This document shows positions 11,731-21,880 of a stretch of DNA of 64,000 bases, piece by piece. The first letter of the stretch is position 1. Each line of letters opens with the position of its first letter. The DNA lies in NCBI GenBank assembly GCA_965237955.1, contig OZ250169.1:3968001-4032000 (forward strand), read 5' to 3'. The DNA is from Candidatus Marinacidobacterales bacterium (GTDB lineage: Bacteria; Acidobacteriota; Vicinamibacteria; Marinacidobacterales; SMYC01). The notes beneath the pieces are model-generated. The model saw only the letters and a list, made by a program, of their open reading frames with translations, was not told where the DNA came from and ran no database searches. The position numbers and the translations under genes were made by a program.

Positions 11731-12099
11731 CTAGAACCCTCGTTTTCTGCCGCGGATGTTGCGCCGGCTTCCCTTGGGCTTTCCGCCTTTGCCTCGGGGT
11801 GGGCCTGCTCCGTAGCCACCACCAGCGTCCGAGTAGCTGGGCGGACGGCGCTGCCGCTCTTCGGCCTCGCTCACGCGAAGGTTTCTGCCTTGCACCTCGT
11901 GACCATCGAACTTTTCGATGGCTGCTGCTGCGGCGGTTTTCTCGGTAAACTCGACGAACGCGAAACCTCTCGGGCGACCCGTGCTGCGATCCGTCGGTAC
12001 GAAGATCTCGACGACCTCACCGACTTCAGAAAAGATAGTTTCGAGCTCGGCGCTCGTCGTGTCGTAGCTCATGTTCCCAACGAAGACTTTGCTAGTAAT
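11731..12099 (-). CDS. RRM RNA-binding protein, probable ATT start
   Basis: RNP2 'KVFVGNM', RNP1 'RGFAFVEF', Gly/Arg tail; SD TAAAGGAGGT just upstream of ATT at 12099. Confidence 0.88.
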   Translation of the reverse strand: MTSKVFVGNMSYDTTSAELETIFSEVGEVVEIFVPTDRSTGRPRGFAFVEFTEKTAAAAAIEKFDGHEVQGRNLRVSEAEERQRRPPSYSDAGGGYGAGPPRGKGGKPKGSRRNIRGRKRGF

Positions 12100-12266
12100 G
12101 ATGGACCTCCTTTATCGAATCATTGTACACGTTTTGAAATACTCATGCGGTCATCTCAAGATCGCTTCGGGTGCGAGCTCGCCGTTTGCGAGCCGAAGCT
12201 CGATGAGGCCGGTTGCGTCCGTTTAACATCAGTCAGCCTGTCAAGTTTTGGCCGGCTGCGGGTGGC

Positions 12267-13353
12267 GGCCTTGGTGCACAACTCCGATAGAGGCCGAGAG
12301 CTCGCTTGGCCCCGACTCCCATCATCCGATCATCTCGCTATCAGGCATCCCGAGCGCCGTCATCGTGTTGAGAATCTTGCACCCGATCCTTGCCTCGACT
12401 CTCTGTGCCGCCAACCCTCTCGCTCGCATCGCTGAGCCCACGATAGCCTTGTAGCGATGGAACGTTGTCTCGACTTTGCTCCGTTTGCTGTAGCCCGATT
12501 CTGTGTGCCACTTTCGTTTGCCGAGCCGAGCTTGTGCTGCAATGTTGCGATTGCGCTGTCGGCTGCTCGCCGGCCCCGATGCGAGCTGGGCGCCCTTGCG
12601 CGGCGGTATCAGCACCCTCGGCGAGCAATGAGCGCTGTGATTCTCGATTGCCTCATAGACGCCGCCGGCGTCGTATGCGGTGTCAGCTCTGGCCGATGAG
12701 ATGGGACTGTCGATCTGTCCGACAAGCGATGCAACCCGCGATGAATCGCGGGCTCTTTTGCTCGTCAGCTCGCCGGCGACGACTTCGCCACTCTGCTCGT
12801 CGACACACAGATGGAGCTTGCGATAGTCCCTGCTCTTTGGTGCTCTGCGCAGCTGGCCGGCGTGGACAGCGAGACCGCTGCTGTCGATCAAGATGTGCAA
12901 CGGCGTCTTCTGCTTGTCTTGGTAGAAGGGGACCTTACCCAGCTTCGCCTTGCGCCTCGAGATCGTGGTGTGATCGGGCACATCATTGTCTAGCTTCATC
13001 AGAGCGAACAACGATCGCAGCAATCCCTCGCTCTGCCTAGATGACAGATGAAACACCATGCCCAGGGTGACAGCCGTCTCGATGGCGTGGTTCGAGTACT
13101 TGCGTTGACGGCTCGGTTTCCTCCTCCTCGGCCGGGGCGCGTCCCAGTTCACAAGCTTGCCGGCGGTGAGCGAGATCCAGACGGTCAGGCTCCCACGGTT
13201 GCGTAGACCCGCCTCATATTCACGCCAATTCCTCACGCGATAGGCCTTCTTCACATACTTCCGCTGAGTGCGTTTGAAAATGCTCATGGGGAACCTCGAA
13301 TCCGTGAGTAAAGGACAATTGTGGACCGAGATCGCGAGTTGTGCACCAAGGCA
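12267..13353 (-). mobile_element. IS5-family element copy 2; intact transposase 12322-13287
   Basis: Same TIRs (one terminal base is G); 1087 bp; 321-aa DDE transposase. Confidence 0.95.
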
Positions 13354-13520
13354 GTATCGAGCTCGGTGAGCGCGCTCGCCCCTATTTGGACCGCTTGGCC
13401 GAGCGCGGTGTTCTTGCGCTGACAGCAGGCAAGAAAGTCCTTCGCCTCCTGCCACCATTGATCATCACCCGCGACGAAATTGAGCGCGCGGCCGAAGCGG
13501 TCCGGACCTCAAGTGCTTAA
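13354..13520 (+). pseudogene. Class III aminotransferase (ArgD-like) C-terminal remnant
   Basis: 'LTAGKKVLRLLPPLIITRDEIERAAE'; upstream part lost at the IS5 boundary. Confidence 0.6.
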
Positions 13521-13551
13521 TGCTCGTGATGCTAAAACAAAGAAAGAGACG

Positions 13552-13635
13552 ATGAAAGAAAGCAAATTCCCGCCAGGCTGGGACGAGGCTCGGGTCCGAA
13601 GAGTGCTTGCGCATTATGAGCGAACAATATCTTAG
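13552..13635 (+). pseudogene. Small antitoxin-like fragment
   Basis: 'MKESKFPPGWDEARVRRVLAHYE', truncated. Confidence 0.35.
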
Positions 13636-13637
13636 TT

Positions 13638-14792
13638 TCACGCTGGCGCCTCGGGCTCGAGCGGTGGCGCGAGTGCACGGAATGCCGTCGGTGCAATCGT
13701 CGCAGTGACCGCAGCGAGCAGAATGGCGATGGCGCGATCCTCGTTCGTTAGAAAACCGAGCTCTACGCCGACCGTCGCCACCGCGATGATCAGGCTCAGC
13801 CTGGCCGATAGGAGCATGCCGGCCGCCAGTACTTCCCGAAGCGAGAACCCGCGCAGTGCGAAGACGAAGCTCGGAACTATTTTGACGATGAAAGCCGCGC
13901 CGATGATCGCGAAGGCCTTGACGAGAACATCTAGGTCCTGGAGAAGGGCAATCTCGAACCGAAGACCGACATTGATGAAGAAAATCGGGATCAGAAATCC
14001 GTACGAGAAACCGTTGAGTTGGTGCTCGAGAACGCCGCGACTTCGAAAGACAAGGGCGAAGACGGTTCCGGCAAGGAACGCGCCGAGGATGGGCTCGATG
14101 TCGAGCGCGATCGACAGCCCGACGAAAGCAAGCATCAGCGCCAGGCTCGCCCGCATCCCGAGCTCTTCCGGGTCGTCGGTCGAGAACAGACGGCGAAACC
14201 GCTCCGGAAACCACCAAACGGCGAGCCTCAGACTGCGCAGTACCATGATCACGGCAAAGAAGAGCGCCGGCATCTGCAAGAGATGGAGGCTCACGCCGTG
14301 GCGCTCGACGAGCGCAAGGATGGCGACGAGCACGAGCGTGAGAAAGTCCGCCATGATCGCGGAAATCAAAACATATTGGCCGAGTCGGGTCGCCGTCCTC
14401 CGGGTGTTGCGGAGCGTCGGCACGACCAGACCGACCGAAGTCGTTGCGAGCACGAGGGTCATGAACGCGTTGTAGCCGAGCTGCACGGTAAACCAGTGCG
14501 CGGCGACGAGCGTCAAAGCGAACACCCCGACCAGCATGAGAAGGCGCTCGCGGCCTTGTCGTTCGAGTGCGCGGAAATCGATCTCGAATCCGGCGAGGAA
14601 CATGAGCAGAAACAACCCTAGTCGCGCGAGAAGATCGAGAAGCTCCGAACCCTCGATCCATCCGGTCATGGGTCCAATGAAAATGCCGAATAGAAGCTCG
14701 AGGACGACGGCGGGCGTGCGGAGACGGGTTGTGAGGAGCGGCAGGCAGAATGCAGCCGCTGCAATGAGGATGAGAGAAGTTGCTTGCTCCAC
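13638..14792 (-). CDS. CPA2-family cation/H+ antiporter
   Basis: Multi-TM protein; 'LLMFLAGFEID', 'ILGAFLAG', 'LIPIFFINVG'. Confidence 0.88.
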   Translation of the reverse strand: MEQATSLILIAAAAFCLPLLTTRLRTPAVVLELLFGIFIGPMTGWIEGSELLDLLARLGLFLLMFLAGFEIDFRALERQGRERLLMLVGVFALTLVAAHWFTVQLGYNAFMTLVLATTSVGLVVPTLRNTRRTATRLGQYVLISAIMADFLTLVLVAILALVERHGVSLHLLQMPALFFAVIMVLRSLRLAVWWFPERFRRLFSTDDPEELGMRASLALMLAFVGLSIALDIEPILGAFLAGTVFALVFRSRGVLEHQLNGFSYGFLIPIFFINVGLRFEIALLQDLDVLVKAFAIIGAAFIVKIVPSFVFALRGFSLREVLAAGMLLSARLSLIIAVATVGVELGFLTNEDRAIAILLAAVTATIAPTAFRALAPPLEPEAPA

Positions 14793-15173
14793 GCTCGAAA
14801 GAGAAAGAGAAAGTTTCGCTACTGGTTATAGGGGATTGCGGGTTCGTTGACAACTCCGAAGGCTTGGTGAAACTTCATGCACGCTCGGTGAGAACGACGT
14901 CCGCGTACTGTGCCCACGCACTTGTACATCGCTCCTCGCGAACCGCACGGATGGCGGGAGCTCTACCACGAGCTCTTCAAACTGAACGTCGAGCTGGAGT
15001 GGTTCGAAAAAGCACGTACGGGGCCGCGACTATGTCTGGGAGGGCGCCCCGGGCGATGAGGAGGAAGAAGAGGCGAAGACAACGGAGAATCCCTAGCGGG
15101 CTGAACCTCCGTAACCGAATCAGAGCAGCCGATCGAACCGCTACTGCGCCTCGCTTCACACGATCGAAAAGAA

Positions 15174-15210
15174 ATGATAGGATCCTGTCATGAGAGACAG
15201 GATTCTATCT
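15174..15210. promoter_or_regulatory. Tandem palindromic operator-like sites at the regulator start codon
   Basis: ATGATAGGATCCTGTCAT (15174-15191) and AGACAGGATTCTATCT (15195-15210). Confidence 0.6.
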
Positions 15211-16251
15211 AGCCAGGTCAGCGCCGCGCGTCGCGAGCGCGGGTGGTCTCAGCAGGAGCTGGCGGCGAAAAGCGGTGTGTCGCGGGCCGAAATAAGCGCA
15301 GTGGAGACCTCTCGCCAGGCGCCGTCGACCGCGACGGCGCTCGGTCTCGCCGCCGCGCTCGGGCGGACGGTCGAGGAGCTTTTCACCCTCGCGCCGGCGG
15401 GTGAGCATTCGCCGAGGTGGGCGTGGGCGCCCGAGCGTGAGGCAGGACGCTTCTGGGAAGCCGGCGTCGGAGCGCGGCGGCTGCTTTTTCCGGTGGAGCC
15501 GACGGCGCGGGGAAGTCTTCCGCACGACGGATGCTTCGGTCCGGAGGGATTGGTCCGCAGGGCCTGGGCCGAGCCAGAGAGGACCCTGGTGGTGGCGGGA
15601 TGCGACCCCGCGGTCGGCCTTCTCGCCGCCGAGCTCGCCCGGCACCATGGGATACGGCTTCTTCCTCTGACGCGGGGAAGCCGCGAGGCGCTCGAGCTTC
15701 TCAAGCGCGGCCTCGTCCACGCCGCCGGCTTGCACTGGTCGGACGATTCGGGCGAGGACGCGAACGCCGCGATGGTCGCGAGCGTTCTTGGAAGCGGGTT
15801 TCGTCTCGTTCATGTCGCGAGATGGCAGGAAGGCGTTGCGCTCGAAAGCTCAGTGCGGGCTCGCTCGGCGGCATCGATCGCGCGCGCGAAGCTCCGTTGG
15901 ATCGCACGGGAGGAAGGCTCCGGCGCCCGTCACGTGCTCGACCGTCTTCTCGGTGCGCGGTCGCGTCGGTTTCGCCACGAGGTGCGCGACCATCGTGCGG
16001 TCGCGCTTGCCATCCGAAGCGGCTACGCCCAGGCGGGGATTGCGGTGAGGTTGGCCGCCGAGGAGGCAGGGCTCGACTTCGTGACACTACAGCAAGAGGA
16101 TTATGAGCTCTGCTACCGCAACGATCTCCGTGGCGATGAGCCGCTCGCGGCCCTTCGAAAAGCGCTCAAACGAGCGGAGCTCAGACGCCTCACTCGAGAT
16201 CTTCCGGGCCTCGAAGTCGCCCGGATGGGCGAGGAGCGCTCCGTTGCCTAG
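15190..16251 (+). CDS. XRE-HTH plus periplasmic-binding-protein (molybdate-type) transcriptional regulator
   Basis: 'WSQQELAAKSGVSRAEISAVET' HTH; 'VAGCDPA', 'REEGSGAR' PBP domain; precedes modABC. Confidence 0.85.
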   Translation: MRDRILSSQVSAARRERGWSQQELAAKSGVSRAEISAVETSRQAPSTATALGLAAALGRTVEELFTLAPAGEHSPRWAWAPEREAGRFWEAGVGARRLLFPVEPTARGSLPHDGCFGPEGLVRRAWAEPERTLVVAGCDPAVGLLAAELARHHGIRLLPLTRGSREALELLKRGLVHAAGLHWSDDSGEDANAAMVASVLGSGFRLVHVARWQEGVALESSVRARSAASIARAKLRWIAREEGSGARHVLDRLLGARSRRFRHEVRDHRAVALAIRSGYAQAGIAVRLAAEEAGLDFVTLQQEDYELCYRNDLRGDEPLAALRKALKRAELRRLTRDLPGLEVARMGEERSVA

Positions 16252-17032
16252 CCTTGTGCTGCTTCTCGTCGGGCTGTCTGCTTCGGCGGAGGCGACGCGA
16301 CCGACTGAGCCGACTGAGCCGACTGAGGATGCGGAGCTGATTCGCATCTTCGCCGCTGTGAGCTTGACCGACGCGCTGTCCGCGGTCATCGTGGATTTCG
16401 AGAAGGCGCACCCCTCGTCTCGCGTCGTCCCTCAGTTCGGCGGGTCGAGCGATCTCGCGCGTCAGATTCTCGCCGGGGCGCCCGCGGATCTGTTCTTCTC
16501 GGCGGACCAGCGGCAACTGGACCGCGTCGCTCGAGAAGGCTTCATTATTAATAATGATGGCGCGCGCGCGGACGTCCTGTCGAACGAGCTCGTCGTCGTG
16601 CGCCATCGCGACCAGCCGGACATGGTGGACGAGCCCGGAGACCTCGAGGCGCTCGGCCGCATCGCGATGGCGGATCCCGAAGCCGTCCCCGCCGGCGTCT
16701 ACGCCCGACAGTACTTGGAAAGCCAGGGCCTGTGGTTACGCCTTCGGAACAAGATCGTCCCGACCCTCGACGTTCGGGGGGCGATGGCGGCGGTGGCGAG
16801 CGGCAACGTCGACGCGGGCTTCGTCTACCGCACCGACGCCGCCATCGAGGATCGCGTCAAGATCGTCTATACGGTGCCGCGAGAGGAGGGCCCGCCGATC
16901 TTTTACACGCTCGGCATCATCGAAGGTCGAGAACGACAAGACGTCCGGGGGCTGTACGACTACTTGAGGTCGGAGGCCGCAGGTGAGGTCTTCACGGGAT
17001 TTGGATTCGTTTTTCTCGAGTTAGGGCGATGA
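16244..17032 (+). CDS. modA: Molybdate ABC transporter substrate-binding protein
   Basis: 'FAAVSLTDAL', 'GGSSDLARQI..GAPADLFFSA', 'VPAGVYA', 'GFVYRTDA'. Confidence 0.92.
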   Translation: MPSLVLLLVGLSASAEATRPTEPTEPTEDAELIRIFAAVSLTDALSAVIVDFEKAHPSSRVVPQFGGSSDLARQILAGAPADLFFSADQRQLDRVAREGFIINNDGARADVLSNELVVVRHRDQPDMVDEPGDLEALGRIAMADPEAVPAGVYARQYLESQGLWLRLRNKIVPTLDVRGAMAAVASGNVDAGFVYRTDAAIEDRVKIVYTVPREEGPPIFYTLGIIEGRERQDVRGLYDYLRSEAAGEVFTGFGFVFLELGR

Positions 17033-17715
17033 CGATCGATCTAGGGCACCTCCTCGCTTTCAGCGTACAGATGGCTCTCGCCGGCGTGCTTCTCACGCTT
17101 CCGTTGGGCGTGACGCTCGGTTTTTGGCTGGCCCGCACCCGCCGCCGCGGCAAAAGCCTCGTCGAGACCCTGGCCACGCTTCCTCTCGTCTTGCCGCCCA
17201 CGGTGGTCGGGCTCTTTCTTCTCGAGCTCTTCGGCCGCAACCGGCCGCTCGGGCGCTTCCTGTACGAGAGCTTCGGGCTCTCCGTTGCCTTCACCTGGCG
17301 CGCCGTCGTCGTGGCGAGCGCGGTCGTGGCTTTTCCGCTCCTGGTTCGCACGGTACGGACGTCGTTCGAGGACATCGATCCGCGCCTCGAAGCCATCGCG
17401 CGTACGCTTGGAAAAAGCCCGCTCGTTGTTTTCGCCACGGTGAGCCTTCCGCTCGCCTCCCGCGGGATCCTTGCTGGCTTCATTCTCGCGTTCTCGCGCG
17501 CCCTCGGCGAGTTCGGCGCGACGATCATGGTCGCGGGTAACATCCCGGGAGAGACCCAGACGCTCTCGCTCGCCATCTTCCAGCTCGTGCAACTCGGCCG
17601 CGATCCCGAGGCCTACCGTCTTGCGGCCGTCACCGTGCTCGTGGCTTTGGCCGCGATCTGGCTCGCCGAGCGGCTTGCAAGACGGCCTCGCTCGAATCAA
17701 CCCGCACTCGGATGA
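17029..17715 (+). CDS. modB: Molybdate ABC transporter permease
   Basis: 'LPLVLPPTVVG', 'RALGEFGATIMVAGNIPG'. Confidence 0.95.
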   Translation: MTIDLGHLLAFSVQMALAGVLLTLPLGVTLGFWLARTRRRGKSLVETLATLPLVLPPTVVGLFLLELFGRNRPLGRFLYESFGLSVAFTWRAVVVASAVVAFPLLVRTVRTSFEDIDPRLEAIARTLGKSPLVVFATVSLPLASRGILAGFILAFSRALGEFGATIMVAGNIPGETQTLSLAIFQLVQLGRDPEAYRLAAVTVLVALAAIWLAERLARRPRSNQPALG

Positions 17716-18785
17716 TCGTTATTAACGTCCGTCTTCCTCTCGACGCGTTCGAGCTCGACGTCTCGCTCGATCTGAACGAGCCGGTCACGGCGCTCTTCGG
17801 CCCCTCCGGTGTGGGCAAGACGTCGCTTCTCGAGACGATCGCCGGCCTCCGGCGTCCCGCCGAAGGAGAGATCGGGATCGACGACGACGTGCTGTTCTCG
17901 TCGCAGCGCAAGGTCTCTCTACCTCCTGAACGGAGGCGCGTCGGTTACGTGCCGCAGGATGGTCTGCTCTTTCCTCACATGAGCGTTCACCGCAACCTGC
18001 GCTACGGTGTGCGAGGGGGCGATGGCTCGATCCCGGTGGACTCGGTCGTCGAAGCCCTCGAGATCCAGCATCTGCTCGAGCGCAATCCCTTGACGCTCTC
18101 TGGAGGCGAACGCCAACGGGTCGCTCTCGGCCGCGCGCTCGTCAGCGGACCGCGACTTCTGCTGCTGGACGAGCCGCTGGCGGCGCTCGACGTTGGGTTG
18201 AAAGAGCGCATCCTTCCTTACCTCCGCCGGGTCCGCGAGCGGTACGGAATTCCAGCTCTTGTCGTCAGCCACGACGTCTTCGAGGTCTTGACGCTATGCG
18301 ACGAAGTGGTCGTCCTCGAGCGCGGCCGTGTCGTCGGCCGGGGAGCGCCGCGAGCGGTGCTGACCCGTCCGGGTGCTGGGGGCGAGCTCTTTCGCGGCCG
18401 CTTCGAGAACGTGCTCGATGTGCGCGTTACTGCCCACGAGCCGGAAGAAGGGATCACCCGCGTCGAGACGCTAGGCGGACTCGCGCTCGCCGTGCCGTAT
18501 CGGCCCCATCGACCTGACCCCAAGGGAGGGCGCGCGCTCGTGGGGATCTTCGCCGAGGACGTTCTCCTTGCGCGAAAACCTCCCGAGGGGATCTCGGCGA
18601 GGAATGTCTTCGCCGGCACCGTGGAGTCCATCGACGAGAGCGGGGGAGTTGCGATGGTGCGCGTGGCGACGCCGGAGCCCGTCTATGTGAAGCTCACCCA
18701 TCGTGCCGTCGTGCAGCTCGGGCTCGAAGCTAGCACCCCGGTGCATCTGATCGTCAAGACGCACTCGATCCACCGTTTGGGCTGA
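17712..18785 (+). CDS. modC: Molybdate ABC transporter ATP-binding protein
   Basis: GPSGVGKT, LSGGERQR, LLLDEP, C-terminal TOBE domains. Confidence 0.93.
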   Translation: MIVINVRLPLDAFELDVSLDLNEPVTALFGPSGVGKTSLLETIAGLRRPAEGEIGIDDDVLFSSQRKVSLPPERRRVGYVPQDGLLFPHMSVHRNLRYGVRGGDGSIPVDSVVEALEIQHLLERNPLTLSGGERQRVALGRALVSGPRLLLLDEPLAALDVGLKERILPYLRRVRERYGIPALVVSHDVFEVLTLCDEVVVLERGRVVGRGAPRAVLTRPGAGGELFRGRFENVLDVRVTAHEPEEGITRVETLGGLALAVPYRPHRPDPKGGRALVGIFAEDVLLARKPPEGISARNVFAGTVESIDESGGVAMVRVATPEPVYVKLTHRAVVQLGLEASTPVHLIVKTHSIHRLG

Positions 18786-18808
18786 TCTTCCCTATAGAAT
18801 GATGCGTC

Positions 18809-19370
18809 ATGGTGTGGGTTGTGCTCGGGCTCGTCATCGTCCTCGGGGGGGCGCTCGTCGTCTTCAACCGTCTCGTTCAGCTGAGGAATCGTGCGGCGGG
18901 GTCGTGGTCGGACATCGACGTCCAGCTCAAGCGACGTCACGATCTGGTGGGAAACCTCGTGGAGGCCGTGAAAGGCTATGCCTATCACGAACGGCAGGTG
19001 CTCGAGAAAGTTGCCGCGGCGCGCTCGAGCGCCGAGGGCGCCCGCACCGAAGGCCATCCCGGCGCCGCGGGAGCAGCCGAGTCGACGCTGTCAGGGGAGA
19101 TGGGAAAGCTCTTCGCGCTCGCGGAAGCTTATCCTGACTTGAAGGCAAGCGAGCAGTTCTCGAGCCTGCAAGCGCGCACTGACGAAAGTCGAGGACGATT
19201 TGCAGAACGCCCGTCGCTACTACAACGCAATCGTGCGCGATCTGAACACGCGCATCCAATCATTCCCGGCTCTCGTCGTCGCCCGCTCACTCGGGTTTCG
19301 GGAACGGGAGTTCTTCTCGCTCGAGGACCGGAGTGAGGCCGCTGCGCCGCGCGTGGAGCTCGGATCGTGA
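18809..19370 (+). pseudogene. lemA: LemA family protein, frameshifted near 19170
   Basis: 'WSDIDVQLKRRHDL', 'AEAYPDLKAS'; 'ARRYYNAIVRDLNTRIQSFP' lies in a shifted frame. Confidence 0.85.
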
Positions 19371-21095
19371 GAGCTCGACTTCTTCTTCTTCTTCTTCTTC
19401 TTCTTCTGCTGCTGCTGCTGGCGTGCGTGCTCGTGGCCGCGCCGCTCGCCGCCGATCGCGGCGGATATCGCATCGCAAGCTTCGACGTCGAGCTCACGGT
19501 GGAGGCGAATGCCGATCTCCTCGTGCAAGAGCGCCTCGTCGTCGACTTCTCGGAAGCTCGACACGGTATCTATCGCACCATCCCCGTTCGCTATACCGAT
19601 CCCCGCGGCTATCTCTACTCACTCGAGTTTCGTCTCCTCGATGTGGTTGACGACAGCGGCGGTGCTCACACGACCCACGTCACCCGCGAGGGGAAATACG
19701 TGAAGATCGGGATTGGGCACCCGAACCGAACCGTCCACGGCCGTGTGGTCTACGTCGTGCGCTATCGGGTTCGAGACGCGGTAGCGCATTTCGCGGAGCA
19801 CGATGAGCTCTACTGGAATGCGACCGGCAACGAGTGGCAGGCTCCGATCGATGCGGCTTCTGCGCGCGTCGAGCTACCGGCGCCCGTTGCTCGAGACGAG
19901 ATCGAGGCGGTCGCTTACACGGGTGCCTTTGGCAGCCGCGAGCAAGAAGCCATCGTCGATTACCCCGAAGAATCCGTTATCACCTACTGGGCATCGAGCT
20001 CTCTCGCTCCGCTCCGGGGGTTGACCATCGTGGCCGCTTGGCCGCACGGAGTCGTCACATTTCCGGGCACCGCCGGAAGAACAACGCGATTTGTCGCCGA
20101 CAACTGGATCGTCCTCGCTCCGCTCTTGGCGCGTCGTTATTGGACGGCAGGCCGCGATCCTCGAGGGCCGGCGTCGGTCGTCGTGCGCTACGAGCCGCCG
20201 CCCGATCTCACCCCCGGTGAAATCGGCGCTCTCGTCGACGAGCGTGTCGATCTCCGAGACCTGACGGCGACGGTCGTCGATCTCGCGATCAAAGGCTATT
20301 TGCGGATCCGCGTGGACCAGAAGGATCGCCTTTTTGGTCTTCTCAAGAAAGACGAGACCTGGTTCGAGCGAAGCGATCGCTCGTGGGACGATCTACGCGA
20401 CTACGAACAGAAAGTGCTCTCGGGAATCTTCGCGAGTGGAAGCCTTGTTTCGACGGATGACCTCGAGGAAAAGTTTCTACAAGCAGATCCAGGGAATACG
20501 AGACGCGCTCTGGGAAGACCTCGCGAACCGTCGCTATGTCGCCGGAAAGCCGAACGCGGTGCGGCGCCTATGGAAGATCCTCGGTGTCGTTGCCGGTGTA
20601 CTCACCGTGGCCATCGGCTACGGGTGGGCGGCCTTTCGAGGCGCTATCTTCCCGCAGGCGCTTGTTCTGCCGATCGTAGCGGGCGTGGTCGTGGCTTTTC
20701 TCTTTCTCGTCTTTTCGCGTGGGATGCCGCGACGTACACGCAAAGGCGTGGAGCTCCGGGCGTGGGCTCTCGGGTTCGAGGAGTTCGTCGATCGTGTCGA
20801 GCGCGAAAACCTCGAGGCTCAACGTCAGAGAAACGTCTTCGAAGCTCTTTTGCCGTACGCCATGGCCCTCGGCGTCGCCGCGGCGTGGGCCCGCCAATTC
20901 GAGGGGATTTACGCGACCGCTCCTCCGGTGTGGTTTCATGGTCATTCGGCATCGACATCCGGATTCTCCACACCGAGGTTCGAGCGCACTTTGAGCACCG
21001 CGATGTCGCGGGCAGGAACCGGCATGACCGCCGCCCCGCGCTCACAAGGCTCGAGTGGCTTCGGTGGCGGCGGCGGAGGTGGTGGCTCCTGGTGA
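19367..21095 (+). pseudogene. DUF2207 membrane protein, frameshifted near 20470
   Basis: 'HGIYRTIP', 'DELYWNATG', 'FEALLPYAMALGV', terminal 'GGGGGGGGSW'. Confidence 0.85.
19379..19420 (+). repeat. (CTT)9(CTG)5 microsatellite encoding 14 Leu
   Basis: Read directly; lies in the signal peptide of the DUF2207 gene. Confidence 0.95.
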
Positions 21096-21279
21096 GCGAT
21101 CGACCGATATGTTGCAGATAAGCAGCATGACGGCGAGGTATTTCCCGAAAAGGACAGCGACGATTGCGATCGCAGCGGCGATGCTTCCCGGGCCGATCTG
21201 ATCGGATTCGGCCTGAAGCTCGTTATCCGTGTGCCTCTTTACACCAAAAGCCGATTCTTGTGAAGAGGATACAGGTAGT

Positions 21280-21870
21280 TCAAGCCCGAAGCCGCGACAG
21301 GAGAACGTCGGCGTCCGGTGGTCTCTGTACACGCGCGGTCGCGGACAGAAGATTTTTGGGATCGGCATCGGCCTCGAGAGTGAGCCGCTCGCACCCTTGA
21401 TACAACCTGTCGAGAAACGGGTGCAGCGTTTCCTCCAGCGTGTTCGCGCAAGCGGTCGTGCTCGGAGCGAGAAGACGGTTGCGGATGCGGAACGACACCT
21501 CGTCCACGCGAAACTCGAGAGCGCCTTTCAAGGTTGGCTCCTCTTCGAGAAACCGGCAGGCGGTGAGCGCGGCGCGAAAAGCGGCGCCGAGGCGGGTCAC
21601 CGGGTCGTCGTCGGACGCGCGCTTGCGGGAGTAGACAAGACTCGGACGGCCGTTCTGCCTCAGAGCGTAGTCTGCGGCGTGGCAAACGAGGACGACACCG
21701 GGGCCGTGGCGGACATGCCGGTAGTCCGCGACGTCGATGGGGATCTCGTCTTTCAGGCGGTCCTCTTGAATCCAGCGATGAAATATCGTGACCACGGCGT
21801 CGGGGTCGACGCGGGACGACTCGTCGGCGTAGAACTTCACCGTAATCTGGTGGGCATCGAGTGGTTGCAT
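21280..21870 (-). CDS. Hypothetical protein directly downstream of sulfite reductase
   Basis: 196 aa, 10 bp after the sir stop; 'IFHRWIQ..IDVADYRHVRHGPGVVL'. Confidence 0.7.
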   Translation of the reverse strand: MQPLDAHQITVKFYADESSRVDPDAVVTIFHRWIQEDRLKDEIPIDVADYRHVRHGPGVVLVCHAADYALRQNGRPSLVYSRKRASDDDPVTRLGAAFRAALTACRFLEEEPTLKGALEFRVDEVSFRIRNRLLAPSTTACANTLEETLHPFLDRLYQGCERLTLEADADPKNLLSATARVQRPPDADVLLSRLRA

Positions 21871-21880
21871 GGGCTCCTGG

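Noticed and set aside
12322-13458. N-terminally extended transposase fusions in the ORF track (378, 398 and 350 aa)
   Set aside because: The extensions are read-in from flanking DNA across the TIR; the shared start is MSIFKRTQ.
14800-15170. ORFs 14780-15193 and 14977-15159
   Set aside because: No recognisable domain or RBS; treated as intergenic or decayed sequence.
3094-21095. Programmed frameshifting in the NHL, PQQ, lemA and DUF2207 genes
   Set aside because: No consistent slippery heptamer with a downstream structure seen; sequencing indels or decay are more likely and cannot be told apart here.
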